From positions 2,048,001 to 2,112,000 of the forward strand of contig CAWDXG010000004.1 in NCBI GenBank assembly GCA_963806225.1: 64,000 bases of DNA, in the 5' to 3' direction. Position numbers and translations under genes: made by a program. The notes beneath the pieces were generated by a model. That model ran no database searches, was not told the origin of the DNA, and worked only from the letters and a program-made list of their open reading frames with translations. The first letter of the stretch is position 1. Each line of letters opens with the position of its first letter. Positions 9,368 through 19,526 of the stretch are shown here, piece by piece. The stretch comes from an uncultured delta proteobacterium. GTDB lineage: Bacteria; Myxococcota_A; Polyangia; Polyangiales; Polyangiaceae.

Positions 9368-10633
9368 TGTCGTGGCTACGTGAATTATCCGCAGGCATGG
9401 AAGCCCTGGCGTCACGCTGCGCGCCGATAGTCGTGATGAAGCCCGTTCAGAATGGCGCGCCCGGTGATCGCCCCGTTTCCTGCGCCGGCGGACGACGAAC
9501 CGATCGGGACCAGCTGTCCGATGCCCTGATGCGGCCGCGCCCGATTGAAGTACACAAAGCAATACTCGCCCAGCACACGATGCAGGTGCTCCTCACCGAG
9601 CACCATGACGTGGTCCAGGCATTCCCGACGCACGCTCGCCAGAAACCGCTCACAGAACGAGTTCATGCGCGAAGCTTTCACCGCGGTGCGGACGACCCGG
9701 ACGCCCGCTGCCTTCGCTGCCCGTTCGAAGTCGGGCCCGAACTTGTCGTCGTTGTCGCGGATGATGAACCGCGGCCCGGCGGCGAACGGCGTGGTGTTCC
9801 GGAGTTGCTGGGCGACCCATGTCGCGCTGGGACTGCGCGTCACGCCTACGTGCACGACCCTCCGCGAGCCGACATCGACGATGAAGAACGCGAAGATGGG
9901 CCTGAACCAGATGTCGTAGAGCTGCAGGAAGTCGCAGGCCCAGATCTGGTGCAGGTGGTTTTCGAGGAACGTCGACCAGCTCTGTCCCCACGGGCGTGGC
10001 CCTCGTGCCTGGCGCATGTACTTCTGGACGGTGCGCTTCGCCACGTGGATGCCGAGCTTCAGTAGCTCGCCGCGGATGCGTTCGGCGCCCCAGAGCGGGT
10101 TCTCCTTGGCGAGCCTCCGGATGAGCTCGACCGTCTCCGGCGGCGTGCGTCGGGTCCGGATCCCGCGCGCGCGCACCGTGGACTTTGCCCGCCAGAACAG
10201 CCTGAAGCCCAACCGGTGCCAGCGCAGGATGGTCTCGGGCTTGACGAGCAGCACGGCGTCACGCCACCGCGGCACGAAATGGGCGAGCGCCACGAGAAGT
10301 CCGCGCTCATGGGTGGCGAACCTCGGCTTCTTGACCTGCCGCGCCGCGCCGCGACGAGCTGCTGGCGGAGGAGCATGTTCTCGGCAATGAGCTCTCTGCG
10401 GGAACGAGCCACGTCGCCGAGCAGCCCGCCGATGACAGGGCCTGGGCTCGGCCGTGTGCCGGTCCGCACAGCCGCCGCCACGCGTTCGACTACATCGCGC
10501 GTGGCGTCGCGAAAGCGGTGAAGCAGGGTGTCGAGCACGAGCGCGATGTGCCCGATCGCGCCGCGCCGTTCAAGTCTTGTGCGCGGCGGATTCCGGAGCG
10601 ATTCTGCGACGGACGCGACGAGTAGCCAGGACA
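9368..10633 (-). mobile_element. IS481-like insertion sequence, copy 2 (1266 bp); transposase core 9412-10293
   Basis: Same IRs and length as copy 1, a few SNPs, and the same frameshift. Confidence 0.85.
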
Positions 10634-12035
10634 ACCGGAGAAATCCGTGATTGCGACATGCTTCGTCGGGGAGATGATGTGCACCGACGTGCCAGGCGCC
10701 GCCACGATGAGCTCGTCACCGCCGTCTCCGTCGAGGTCTCCCCACGCGACGCTCCGCCCGAAGTTCGCGTCCGTTTCCGAGGTGTCGGAAAAGAGCGGCG
10801 TGTCCTGCGTGCTCAGCACGTAGGCGCGCTTGGGAGCCGTCGCATCGGCGCTGTTCATGCCGGTGATGGCGACGTCCTCGGTGCCGTCGCCGTTGAAGTC
10901 GAAGCCGCGCGGAACACCGCCCTCGGGGTTGCCCAGCCCCGAGCCGCTGCCGTAGATCACGTCCGAGCTGCCGTCGGACGAGACGAGCTCGAACGTCGTC
11001 GTAGCCGTCCCGATCGAAGTCGCCGCTCGTAAAATACTCGTATGACTTCGGGACCGTGAACGTCGACTGGTAGGTCGGCACGCCGCTCGAGTCGAAGGTC
11101 ACGTAGACCGGAGCTCCTGCCACGAGCCCGAACAGATCCTTCGTCGAACCGTTGAACTTGGCAGCGTTCACCAGGGCTGTGATGAACGAGAGCGCGCTGG
11201 TCGGGATGCCCGGCAAGGTCTTGGGCGGGAAGTAGTACGTCGTGCCGGATGCGGAGAGCTGCAGGTAGACCCGGAGCGTGCTGTTCGGCTGGGTTTCGAC
11301 GCCGGCCGTGTCCAGAACGCCGTCTCCGTCGAGATCGACGTGCAGGGGCCCGTACACGGAGTACATGATGGAGTAGACCCAGTCGCGGAAGTTGGCGGCG
11401 GGGGGTGCTCAGGCCGATCGACGGCTCCTGGGTGCAGGTTCCCCCATCGGTTCCGCCGTCAGTTCCCCCATCGGCTCCACCGGGTGCGCACGTTAGATCC
11501 GAGACCGCCTCCATGATGGAGAACTGCGTGCGTGGAATGCTGGGGTCGCCCAAGTCTCCACATGGTCCGCCAGAATCGCCGGGCAGCCAGAGTGTGGGCG
11601 GCGAGTTCTGGTCCGCGTAGTCGCCGCCGCCTCGATATGCTCTCAAGAAGCCCGACGCCGCCGGATGGAACAGCTTGAAGTCGGCGTAGTGGGGGTAGAC
11701 GGGCTGTGCGGCGCCCGGTTGCAGGGGACCATATCCGATGCAGCGCGCCGTCATGCCCGCGCCCCCGAAATCGGTGGGCAGGGTCGCGCTGATCGGCCGA
11801 AGGAACGTGCTGCTGACTCCCAACGCTGTCAGCCCGCCGGAGGGCACGTGTAGCAGCGCGACGTCGAATGGCGATAGGTGCGGGCCAAGCGTCACGTTGT
11901 AGCGCGGGTGAACATAGATGTCGCTCTTGGGGATAGTTACCGCCGAGCCGCTTATGTGCGCCAGGACGCTGTCGGAGATGCCCCCGGTGGCCTTGTTCGT
12001 GATGACATGCGCTGCGGTGAGCAGCCATCTCGGTC
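10634..12035 (-). pseudogene. Trypsin-like serine protease plus FG-GAP repeat protein, truncated at both ends, frameshifts at ~11403 and ~10993
   Basis: WLLTAAHV, DVALLH and GDSGGP triad motifs; DLDGDGVLD, GDFDRDGYDD, DFNGDGTED and GDLDGDGGDEL repeats. Confidence 0.85.
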
Positions 12036-12571
12036 CGCCCATCACGACGGGCAAGCTGTTCTTGTTCGACGCCTTCGTCGGTGACGACGCGGGCCTGGCG
12101 CACGGCCAGATTTTCTACTCGGACGGCATGGCCGCCCCACAGGTCTACCTCGAGCCGTCGGAGCCCGGCACCTACTACGGCCGCCCCATCTACGCGAACA
12201 GCTAAGTCGGCTTCTTCAAGGGTATCGGCTTCCAGGACGTGAACCAGTACCAGTCGGTCGAGCTCTGAGCGTCCCCGTACTCGGACGACCCCTCGCAGCT
12301 GAAGCCCGTCAAGCTCGGCACGATACCCGATAGCAGCATGCCCGGGCTGCCTGCGGGCGGCTGGGGACACGCAGCGTTTTCAACGGCGGCAGGTGTCAAC
12401 AAGTGGGACGTGCTGATCTGGAACCTCGCCGACGGGGCGCACAGGAGGTTCAAGCTGGCTGACGGCTACAACCTCATGGCGTTCCTCGGCGTCTCGAGGA
12501 AGTACGCCTGGGTCGGCGCGGCCAAGCTGGGAGGGCAGCAACCGTATCTGCTGCGTATCCAGGTCCAGTGA
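12028..12571 (+). pseudogene. Orphan copy B2 (C-terminal part of lipoprotein B) with two nonsense codons
   Basis: Highly similar to ~1835-2378; TAC->TAA at 12203 and TGG->TGA at 12266. Confidence 0.85.
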
Positions 12572-13386
12572 GCGAAGTCACCAACCTGCCGCTCGAAGCC
12601 GCAGCCGGCACCACGCCCATCACCGCGGGACCGAACAACGATCACCTGGCGCCCTTCCTCGGCGCGCCCACCTACGTGGCCTGGGATCTCACTGCGAGCG
12701 GGGCGGCCAACCACGGCGCCGTTCTGGGCTATGGCCTGCTGGGCGTCTACTGGACGGCAGTGCGCGACGTGCCCCAGGTCCTGCCCGGAACGCCAGCCGG
12801 GACGACCAAGCCCTTCGCCGACTGGTCCAACAAGTACGACCTCACGGACTTCACGTGGTACCAGCTGCCGTTCACCGGTCCTGCGCCGCAGCACGTCATC
12901 GCGTCGACGTACATCGCGGACACGCGTAGCCTGTACGTCGTGGATCAGACCGACGACCCAGTGCTCGCCCGCCTGCTCCGCTACGACTTCGACACGGGTG
13001 CGTTCGCAGAGCTCGGCCACTGGCCGCGCACGATCGTGTTCGACCGCGCGGAGCTCTCCGGATCCTACGAAGGCAATCTGCTGCTCAGCGGCAGCTCGAA
13101 GCTGACCAACCACGTCGCGGGCGTCGTGCTCCAGCCCGGCGCGGCGAAGGTGGAGTTGATCGGTGCGTTCCTGAGGAAGCGCGTACTCGCTGTCGAGCCG
13201 ACGCTCGGCGCGACGGCGCTGACGCTGCCGCTGGTCCCGGATAGCTCCTCGGGGAGCACCAACACCGTCATCCCCACCAAGCAGGTCTTCTTCCCGACGC
13301 ACGAAAAGCCCCAGCACAGTCCCAAGGGCCCGCCCTGCAACGACTAGCGCTGTCCGCCCCACCTCACGATCGGCGACATCCTATGA
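12568..13386 (+). pseudogene. Chimeric or internally deleted A paralogue (A3)
   Basis: About 89 aa not seen elsewhere in the window, then YD..TWYQLPFTGP...VLAVEPTLG as in A. TAG at 13345; the frame continues to HLTIGDIL* with an ATGA overlap. Confidence 0.75.
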
Positions 13387-13510
13387 CCAACACCCGCGCG
13401 ATTGCCGGTGCCGTCCTGTCCGTTGCCGTGCTCGGCCTCGGCTGGGTGTCGCGCTCGGGCAAGCAGAACGGGGGCACCAAGCCCGATGCCGCCGCCGGTA
13501 CGGGGCGGCA
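13383..13510 (+). pseudogene. Truncated N-terminus of a B paralogue (B3), lipobox Cys->Arg
   Basis: LGWVSRSGKQNGGTKPDAAAGTG versus B LGWVSCSGKQSSGNTRDAAAGTG. Confidence 0.75.
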
Positions 13511-13576
13511 GCGGCCTGCTCGGCGGGTACCAGCGTGCCCCTGGCCAGAGGAGCGGGTTGGACGCATGATGTCGAC

Positions 13577-13940
13577 GTGGACCCCGACCTCTTGAAGGCC
13601 TTCCGCCGGAGAGCGCGCGCCGTCGCGGAAGCGGACCTCGAACGTGAGGACCGGGCGGCGGAAGAGCTCCGCCGGAGCACGATTCGACAAGCTAGTGCGC
13701 GCGATCGAAGCAGCCCGCGCCGAGGGCCGCTGCGCGCGCGTGTGGCTTTTCGGTTCGTTTGCGTGGGGCAAGCCGGAGGACAGGAGCGACGTGGATCTGC
13801 TGGTCGAAGCATGCCGCGACCCGGACGCGCTGACGGCCGAGGTGTGGCGCGCCTGCGATCGGCCGGTGCATGTCGTCGAGCTCGACAGGGCGCCGGATTC
13901 GCTACGCGAGCGCGTGCTCCGGGAAGGCACGCTCCTGTGA
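13577..13940 (+). CDS. Minimal nucleotidyltransferase (MNT) antitoxin, apparent frameshift at ~13675
   Basis: VWLFGSFAWG...SDVDLLV motif; ends REGTLL; GTGA overlap with the next gene. Confidence 0.8.
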
Positions 13941-14405
13941 GCCCCGTGGACGTGCGCCTCGCGGCAGTCCTGGTAGACGTTCGAACGGGACTGGGAGCAG
14001 GTGGTCCGGCACGGCCGGCGGGCAGAGTCTGCCGACCCAAGCGCGGGCGAAGCGGAAGCGGCGCTCGTCGCGCTCTCCCTCGACCACGCCTACCAGGCGT
14101 TCGAGAACCTCCTCTTGCGCGTGGAACGCTGCCTCGGTCTTGCCGCCCGCAGCGGTGGGACGTGGCACCGAGCCCTGCTCGCGGATGCGGCGCGCGCGCT
14201 ACCCGACATCCGCCCAGCGCTGTTTCCGGCGTCTGCGGAAACCGACTGGGAACAGCTGCTCGGCTTCCGCCACTTTCTGCGCCATGGCTACGCAGTCGAT
14301 CTCGATCCAGCACGGCTCGAGCACAACGTGGAGCGTTTGACGAACGCGATCACCGCCACGGCGCCCTACGTGCAAGCGCTGCTCGCAGAGCTCGGCCCGG
14401 AATGA
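13937..14405 (+). CDS. HEPN (HepT-like) RNase toxin, apparent frameshift at ~13981
   Basis: Rx4HxY motif FRHFLRHGY; WHRALL; coupled to the MNT gene. Confidence 0.8.
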
Positions 14406-14486
14406 ACGTTCAGCGCGCCCACTCGAGGCCCCTTCGCTGAATGCGCCGCTTGGGCCAGAGCCGTAGCCCGCAGCCCCAGCCCGACC

Positions 14487-15578
14487 TCAGCCTGCGCCGA
14501 CGCGACCCGACACGCTGGCGCTCGCCTGGACGCTCACGTTGATGCGCGCCGATGCCTTCACGCTGGCGTTGGCCGCGGCTGCGACGCAGGCCACGGCCTG
14601 GGCGCCGGCGTTTCCGATGACGCGCGGCAGTTGCTGGCCGACGTTCACCACCACCTGGATGCTACCGGCCAGTCGCTTGCCGAGCGCGATCTCGGCGTGG
14701 AGCAACTCGGGCAGGTTCGCGCGCAGCGTCGCGACCAGGCGCATCGCTTCCTGTGTGTTGGCGTTCGTCATCACGTTGATCTGCGCGGGCTGGCACGAGG
14801 CGCGGAACTCGGCCTTGGCGTTGCAGCTCGCGTTGCACTCGCCGCTGGCGCTGGGTCCCTGCACGGAGGCTGCGCACTTGGGCGCCTGCCAGGTGCCGTG
14901 ACAGGTGGCGTGGCAGGTGCCGTTGCAGCCGCCGGTGCAGGTGCCGTTGCACTGGCCGGCGCACTGGCCGTTCGGGCCCATCGCCGAGCACTGGCCCTGG
15001 CACTGCCCGTTGCAGTTGCCTTCACACTGGCCCTGGCAGGTGCCGCTGCAGTAGCCGGACAGCTGACCCGGCTGGCACTGCGCGATGATCTGCGCAGGGC
15101 TCACCTGCACGTTGCACGCGGCGTCGCAGCTCGCCTTGGCCTGCACGTTGGCCTGGCAGCGCGGCGGATAGCCCTGCACGCGGATCTGGACGCCCTGGCG
15201 CATGATCGCGTCGATGCGCGCCGCCACCGCGTTGCACGCGGCCTGGGCGGAAGCGCCAGGCTCGTCGCCGTTCTGCGCTTGCATCTGCGCCGGCGGGATG
15301 CCCAGATCCATTCCCATGCGCTGGCAGGCCTGGGCCGCCTCGTTCTGCATCTGCACCGAAACGGTGACCAGATCCTTGGCGGCGGAGACGAAAGCCCGGA
15401 CCTTGCCGTCGGCCTCGGCATCGGCGGAGAAGTGCGCGTTCAGCGGATCCATGTTGGAGCTGAGCTGCGGGCACGTCGCGCCGAGCGGACCGTAGATGCC
15501 ACCCCCGTTGCAGCTCGTGACGAGCGACGGGACGGCCAGAAGCAGAAGGACAAGGAACAAGTATCGGAAAGCTCGCAT
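14487..15578 (-). CDS. Cys-rich (CxGxC repeat) myxobacterial lipoprotein
   Basis: MRAFRYLFLVLLLLAVPSLVTSC signal; CSGTCQGQCEGNC repeats. Confidence 0.8.
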   Translation of the reverse strand: MRAFRYLFLVLLLLAVPSLVTSCNGGGIYGPLGATCPQLSSNMDPLNAHFSADAEADGKVRAFVSAAKDLVTVSVQMQNEAAQACQRMGMDLGIPPAQMQAQNGDEPGASAQAACNAVAARIDAIMRQGVQIRVQGYPPRCQANVQAKASCDAACNVQVSPAQIIAQCQPGQLSGYCSGTCQGQCEGNCNGQCQGQCSAMGPNGQCAGQCNGTCTGGCNGTCHATCHGTWQAPKCAASVQGPSASGECNASCNAKAEFRASCQPAQINVMTNANTQEAMRLVATLRANLPELLHAEIALGKRLAGSIQVVVNVGQQLPRVIGNAGAQAVACVAAAANASVKASARINVSVQASASVSGRVGAG

Positions 15579-15707
15579 GATGGCGACACGGTAGATCAAC
15601 CCGAGCCGATACGCCCATTTTCGCAGTCCAGCTGATGCCTGCGACCGGGAAACCGGCCGCAAAATCGCGCGGCCCCCCCCCGCGCGCATGTCGGATATCA
15701 TCGATGG

Positions 15708-17339
15708 ATGACCTCCCAACGCCGCTCCAGAGCCGGAAGGCGCGGCGCCATCGCGCTGGCGCTCGCGATCGGCATCGCGCTCCTGCCCCTGTCCTGCGCA
15801 GAGGATCCGGCTCCACCGCCGCCCGGTCCGCTGGCGCGCCAGGTGACGGCTCTTGCCCGAGCGAACGGCGTGCCGGCGGATCTGGTGCTGGCCGTCGCGG
15901 TGGTCGAGGACGGGCTCACGCTACCGCGCTTGCGCACGCCGAGCCCGGACGACAACGTTCCGATCGCGGGCATCCTCGAGCTCCGGCGCGGAAAGCTCGA
16001 CACGCTCGCTCTGGGGGCGAAGCTGCTCGGTCGGAGCGAGCGGGCACTACAGACGGACACGCAGCTCGGCACGAAGGCAGGCGTCGAGGTGTTGGCCAGC
16101 CTCGGTCCCGCCGGCAGCTCGCACCTCGTCGACTGGAAGGACGCCGTCGCCCGGCTCTCCGGGCTCGCGCCGGGCTGGCAGACCGAGCGCTACGTGTCCC
16201 AGGTGTACGGCATCCTGCGTTTCGGCGGCACGTTCACGGCGCGGGACGGAGAGCGGGTGCACATCGCACCGCACACCGATATCCCGCCGTCGCTCCTGAT
16301 AGCTCCGCCGCCGCGCCACAGCGCAGCCGCCGACTTCCCCGGGTCGATTCGGTTTCAAACCGACTGCACGGGCAAGTGCACGACCAACCGACCCGACGGC
16401 AACTCCTCCGTCGACACGATCGTGATCCACGATACCGAGGGCGGCTGGAACGCGTCCGTCGCGACCCTGCAGTACGACTCGGGCAAGTCCGTCCACTACA
16501 TCATCGATGCGGACGGCTCGCGCTGGGGGCAGTTCGTGCCGGAGACGTACACGGCCTGGCACGCCGGCAACTGGTGCTTCAACAAGCACAGCATCGGCAT
16601 CGAGCACGTCGGCTACGCTTCCAACAAGAGCGGCTACTCGACGGCGCTCTACAAGAAGAGCGCGGAGATGGTCAAATCGATCGTCTCGCGCTGGCCGAAC
16701 ATCAAGATCGACCGCGACCACATCGTCGGCCACTACCAGATCCCCAACGGCAACAACATCAGCGAGTGCTCGCCGCCGTGCAGCCTGGGACTCGACGCCT
16801 GCGAGTCGAGCGCCAACTACGGCGGCTCGGCCCACCACACCGATCCGGGCTACTACTGGCAGTGGTGCCAGTACATGGAGCTGCTCGGCTCGAGCTGCCA
16901 CTGCAACGACGCCTGGGATCTCTTCAACTGCACGTCGGACGGCACCGAGATGTGGCGCTGCGCAGGCGGAACCAAGCTCGAGAAACAAGACTGCGCGAAC
17001 GGCTGCGACGTGATGCCCATCGGACAGAACGACCAGTGTCATGGCGGAGCAGCACAGCCGGATTCAGGAACGCCGGATGCGGGCAGCGACGCCGCGCCCG
17101 AGGCGTCCGGCGCGCAGGGCGGCGCCGGCGGCGGCGCGGGAGGTGAGGGCGCTGCCGGCGGCGCTGCCGGCGGCGACGCGGGCAGCGATGCGGGCACCGG
17201 ACAGCCCACGCGCGTGACCGGCGGCGACAGCGGCGGCTGCGGCTGCCGCGCGGCGGGCCGCCGCAGCACACCAGCGGGTGCCGGGCTCGTCTCGCTGCTG
17301 TTGCTGGGCCTCTTCTGGCGCCGGCGCATGGACGCCTGA
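15708..17339 (+). CDS. N-acetylmuramoyl-L-alanine amidase (Amidase_2) with MYXO-CTERM
   Basis: IVIHDTEG, SVHYII, AWHAGN, SIGIEH, HTDPG; tail GGCGCR + hydrophobic stretch + RRR. Confidence 0.9.
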   Translation: MTSQRRSRAGRRGAIALALAIGIALLPLSCAEDPAPPPPGPLARQVTALARANGVPADLVLAVAVVEDGLTLPRLRTPSPDDNVPIAGILELRRGKLDTLALGAKLLGRSERALQTDTQLGTKAGVEVLASLGPAGSSHLVDWKDAVARLSGLAPGWQTERYVSQVYGILRFGGTFTARDGERVHIAPHTDIPPSLLIAPPPRHSAAADFPGSIRFQTDCTGKCTTNRPDGNSSVDTIVIHDTEGGWNASVATLQYDSGKSVHYIIDADGSRWGQFVPETYTAWHAGNWCFNKHSIGIEHVGYASNKSGYSTALYKKSAEMVKSIVSRWPNIKIDRDHIVGHYQIPNGNNISECSPPCSLGLDACESSANYGGSAHHTDPGYYWQWCQYMELLGSSCHCNDAWDLFNCTSDGTEMWRCAGGTKLEKQDCANGCDVMPIGQNDQCHGGAAQPDSGTPDAGSDAAPEASGAQGGAGGGAGGEGAAGGAAGGDAGSDAGTGQPTRVTGGDSGGCGCRAAGRRSTPAGAGLVSLLLLGLFWRRRMDA

Positions 17340-17342
17340 CCC

Positions 17343-18158
17343 GTGACGCGACCGTACCTGGAGGCCGAAGTGCCGCTCGCCTTCGCACATCGCGGCGGTG
17401 CGCGGCTCTGGCCGGAGAACACGCTCGAGGCGTTCCGCGGGGCCATCGACGCCGGCTGCCGCTACATCGAGACCGACCTGCACATGACGCGCGACGGAGT
17501 CGTCGTCATCCACCACGACGAGCGGCTGGAGCGCACGACCAACGGCGTCGGCCCCGTCCGGACACGCTCCCTGTCCGAGTTGGAAGAGCTCGATGCCGGC
17601 TTCCGCTTCACGCGGGACAGCGGTCGCAGCTACCCGTTCCGCGGCAAGGGCGTCACGATCCCCACCTTCGAGGAAGCGCTGGCCCTGTCCGGGGAGGTGC
17701 GCTTCAACATCGAGATCAAGCAGCGCGAGCCGAGCGTGGCGCGGGCGCTGTGGGAGCTCATCGAGAAGCACAACCTCTACGACCGCGTGCTGATCGCGGC
17801 CGCCGAAGATGACATCGGTCACGAGTTCGACCGGATCGCGCGCGGGCGGGTCGCCCGTTCGCCCGGTGTCAGAGGCGTGCTCGCGTTCTGGGCGGCGTCG
17901 CGCGTCGGCGCGACGCGCCTGCTCTCGCCCCGCTACGACGCGCTGCAGGTACCGCCGCGTCAGGGCCCGCTGACGGTGGTCGACCGCCGCTTCGTCAGGG
18001 CCGCGCACGCCGCCGGCGTGCACGTCCACGTGTGGACGATCGACGAACCCGTGGAAATGCGCCGCCTGCTGTCGCTCGGCGTGGACGGGCTGATGTCGGA
18101 CCGGCCGGACATCCTGATGAACGTCGTGCAGGAATTCCGGGCGGCCTCGACGGCGTGA
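17343..18158 (+). CDS. Glycerophosphodiester phosphodiesterase
   Basis: AHRGG...PENTLEAF, IETDLH, NIEIK, VDGLMSDRP. Confidence 0.93.
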   Translation: MTRPYLEAEVPLAFAHRGGARLWPENTLEAFRGAIDAGCRYIETDLHMTRDGVVVIHHDERLERTTNGVGPVRTRSLSELEELDAGFRFTRDSGRSYPFRGKGVTIPTFEEALALSGEVRFNIEIKQREPSVARALWELIEKHNLYDRVLIAAAEDDIGHEFDRIARGRVARSPGVRGVLAFWAASRVGATRLLSPRYDALQVPPRQGPLTVVDRRFVRAAHAAGVHVHVWTIDEPVEMRRLLSLGVDGLMSDRPDILMNVVQEFRAASTA

Positions 18159-18172
18159 TAGGATCGCGAGCC

Positions 18173-18721
18173 ATGACGCGTTTCTTTTCTATCCTGATCA
18201 TCGGTTTCATCGCTGCGGGCTGCGGGGGCTCGAAGGCCGCCTCGCCGGGCGCCGCCTCACCCGACACAACGGCCAAGAGCGCGGCCGCACAACCTGCCAG
18301 CGCGGACCGCGCGATCGCAGAGCTCCTGCCGACCGCGCAGAGCCAGACCCGCGGCATGGTCGCGCTGCACATGGAAAACGGCAAGCTGGTCATCACAGCA
18401 AGGGTGCAGAACCTGAAGGCCGGCAGCTACGGCTTCGCCGTACACCAGGGCGACAAGTGCGAGCCGCCCGATGCCAAGACCGCCGGCGCGATTTTCAATC
18501 CGCAGAAGGCCGACAAGCCGCTAGGGTTCATCGGCGACCTGAAGTCCAAGGGCGGCGACAACCAGACCCTCAAGATCAACGCCGATGGGCTGGCGCTGTC
18601 GGGCGCGGACTCGATCATCGGCCACACGCTGGTGCTCCACGCCTGGCCCTATGACCCCAGCGTGGACATCCAGAAAGTGCCGTTCCTCGCCTGCGGGAAG
18701 ATCCGACCCGACACGCAATAG
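18173..18721 (+). CDS. Cu/Zn-SOD-fold lipoprotein with degenerate metal site
   Basis: IAAGC lipobox; GFAVHQGDKC...AGAIFNP, GDL, SIIGHTLVLHA, ACG. Confidence 0.75.
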   Translation: MTRFFSILIIGFIAAGCGGSKAASPGAASPDTTAKSAAAQPASADRAIAELLPTAQSQTRGMVALHMENGKLVITARVQNLKAGSYGFAVHQGDKCEPPDAKTAGAIFNPQKADKPLGFIGDLKSKGGDNQTLKINADGLALSGADSIIGHTLVLHAWPYDPSVDIQKVPFLACGKIRPDTQ

Positions 18722-18745
18722 CGAGAGCCGGCTCCGCCGGGAGCG

Positions 18746-19450
18746 TCAATACTCCTCGAGGTAGATCTTCGAGCGGGGAACGCCGAGATCGTGCTCGAGC
18801 AGCTTGACACAATCCTGGACCATGTCGTGGTGCCCGCACAGCCACGCCTCGGGTGCCGACAGCACCGAGGCCAGCTCGGGCAGGTGTGCCTGCACGCGAC
18901 CGCGCCGGCCGGTCCACCCTTCACTGGCCAGGCTCAAGGTCGGCACGAAGCTGAAACGGGGCTCGTCGCGATCGAGCCTGTAGAGCTCCTCGCCCCACAG
19001 GATGTCGGCCTCGGTTCGGCAGCCGAAGAGCACCACCAGGGGCGCGCTGGAATCCGTCCGGAGCTCCGCCTCCAGCATCGCCTTGAGCGGCGAGAGGCCC
19101 GTTCCCGCGCCGACGAACAGCGCCGGGTGCGCCGACCCCGCCTGCCGGACGAAGCTGCCCCGCGGCCCGAACGCGGTCAGCACTGAGCCGACTGGAAGCT
19201 CGCAGAGCGCGCGCGTGGACGAACTGTGCGTGACCGCCAGCTCCAGGCGCCCCGGCCGCTCGGGGTCCATGGCGTTCGCTATCGACATGGGGAGCTTCGA
19301 AGCGGGATCGTCCGGTCGCACGATCTCGACGTGCTGCCCCGGCTGCCACTCGAAGGGCCGCCCGCCTGCCGGCTCGAGAACCAGCGAACGGACCATCGGA
19401 GACAGATCGGAGGCAGCAACGAGATCGAGCTGCACCTGCCGTGCGGGCAT
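18746..19450 (-). CDS. FAD/NAD-binding oxidoreductase (ferredoxin reductase-like)
   Basis: WQPGQH, GPRGSF, GAGTGLSP, LCGH...M. Confidence 0.88.
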   Translation of the reverse strand: MPARQVQLDLVAASDLSPMVRSLVLEPAGGRPFEWQPGQHVEIVRPDDPASKLPMSIANAMDPERPGRLELAVTHSSSTRALCELPVGSVLTAFGPRGSFVRQAGSAHPALFVGAGTGLSPLKAMLEAELRTDSSAPLVVLFGCRTEADILWGEELYRLDRDEPRFSFVPTLSLASEGWTGRRGRVQAHLPELASVLSAPEAWLCGHHDMVQDCVKLLEHDLGVPRSKIYLEEY

Positions 19451-19526
19451 CCGGTTCACCCCACCACAAATCTCACTTGGCCGCCGCGGACGCAAGCCCG
19501 GGCTGACGTGATAGCCTCCGCGGCCG

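Noticed and set aside
1..13510. Diversity-generating retroelement or shufflon explanation for the repeats
   Set aside because: No reverse transcriptase or site-specific recombinase in the window, and the differences are not adenine-specific.
14393..14457. attC-like hairpin after the HEPN gene (gttcagcg...cgctgaat, ttgggc)
   Set aside because: No proper RYYYAAC/GTTRRRY boxes, single occurrence and no integrase; probably a hairpin between convergent genes.
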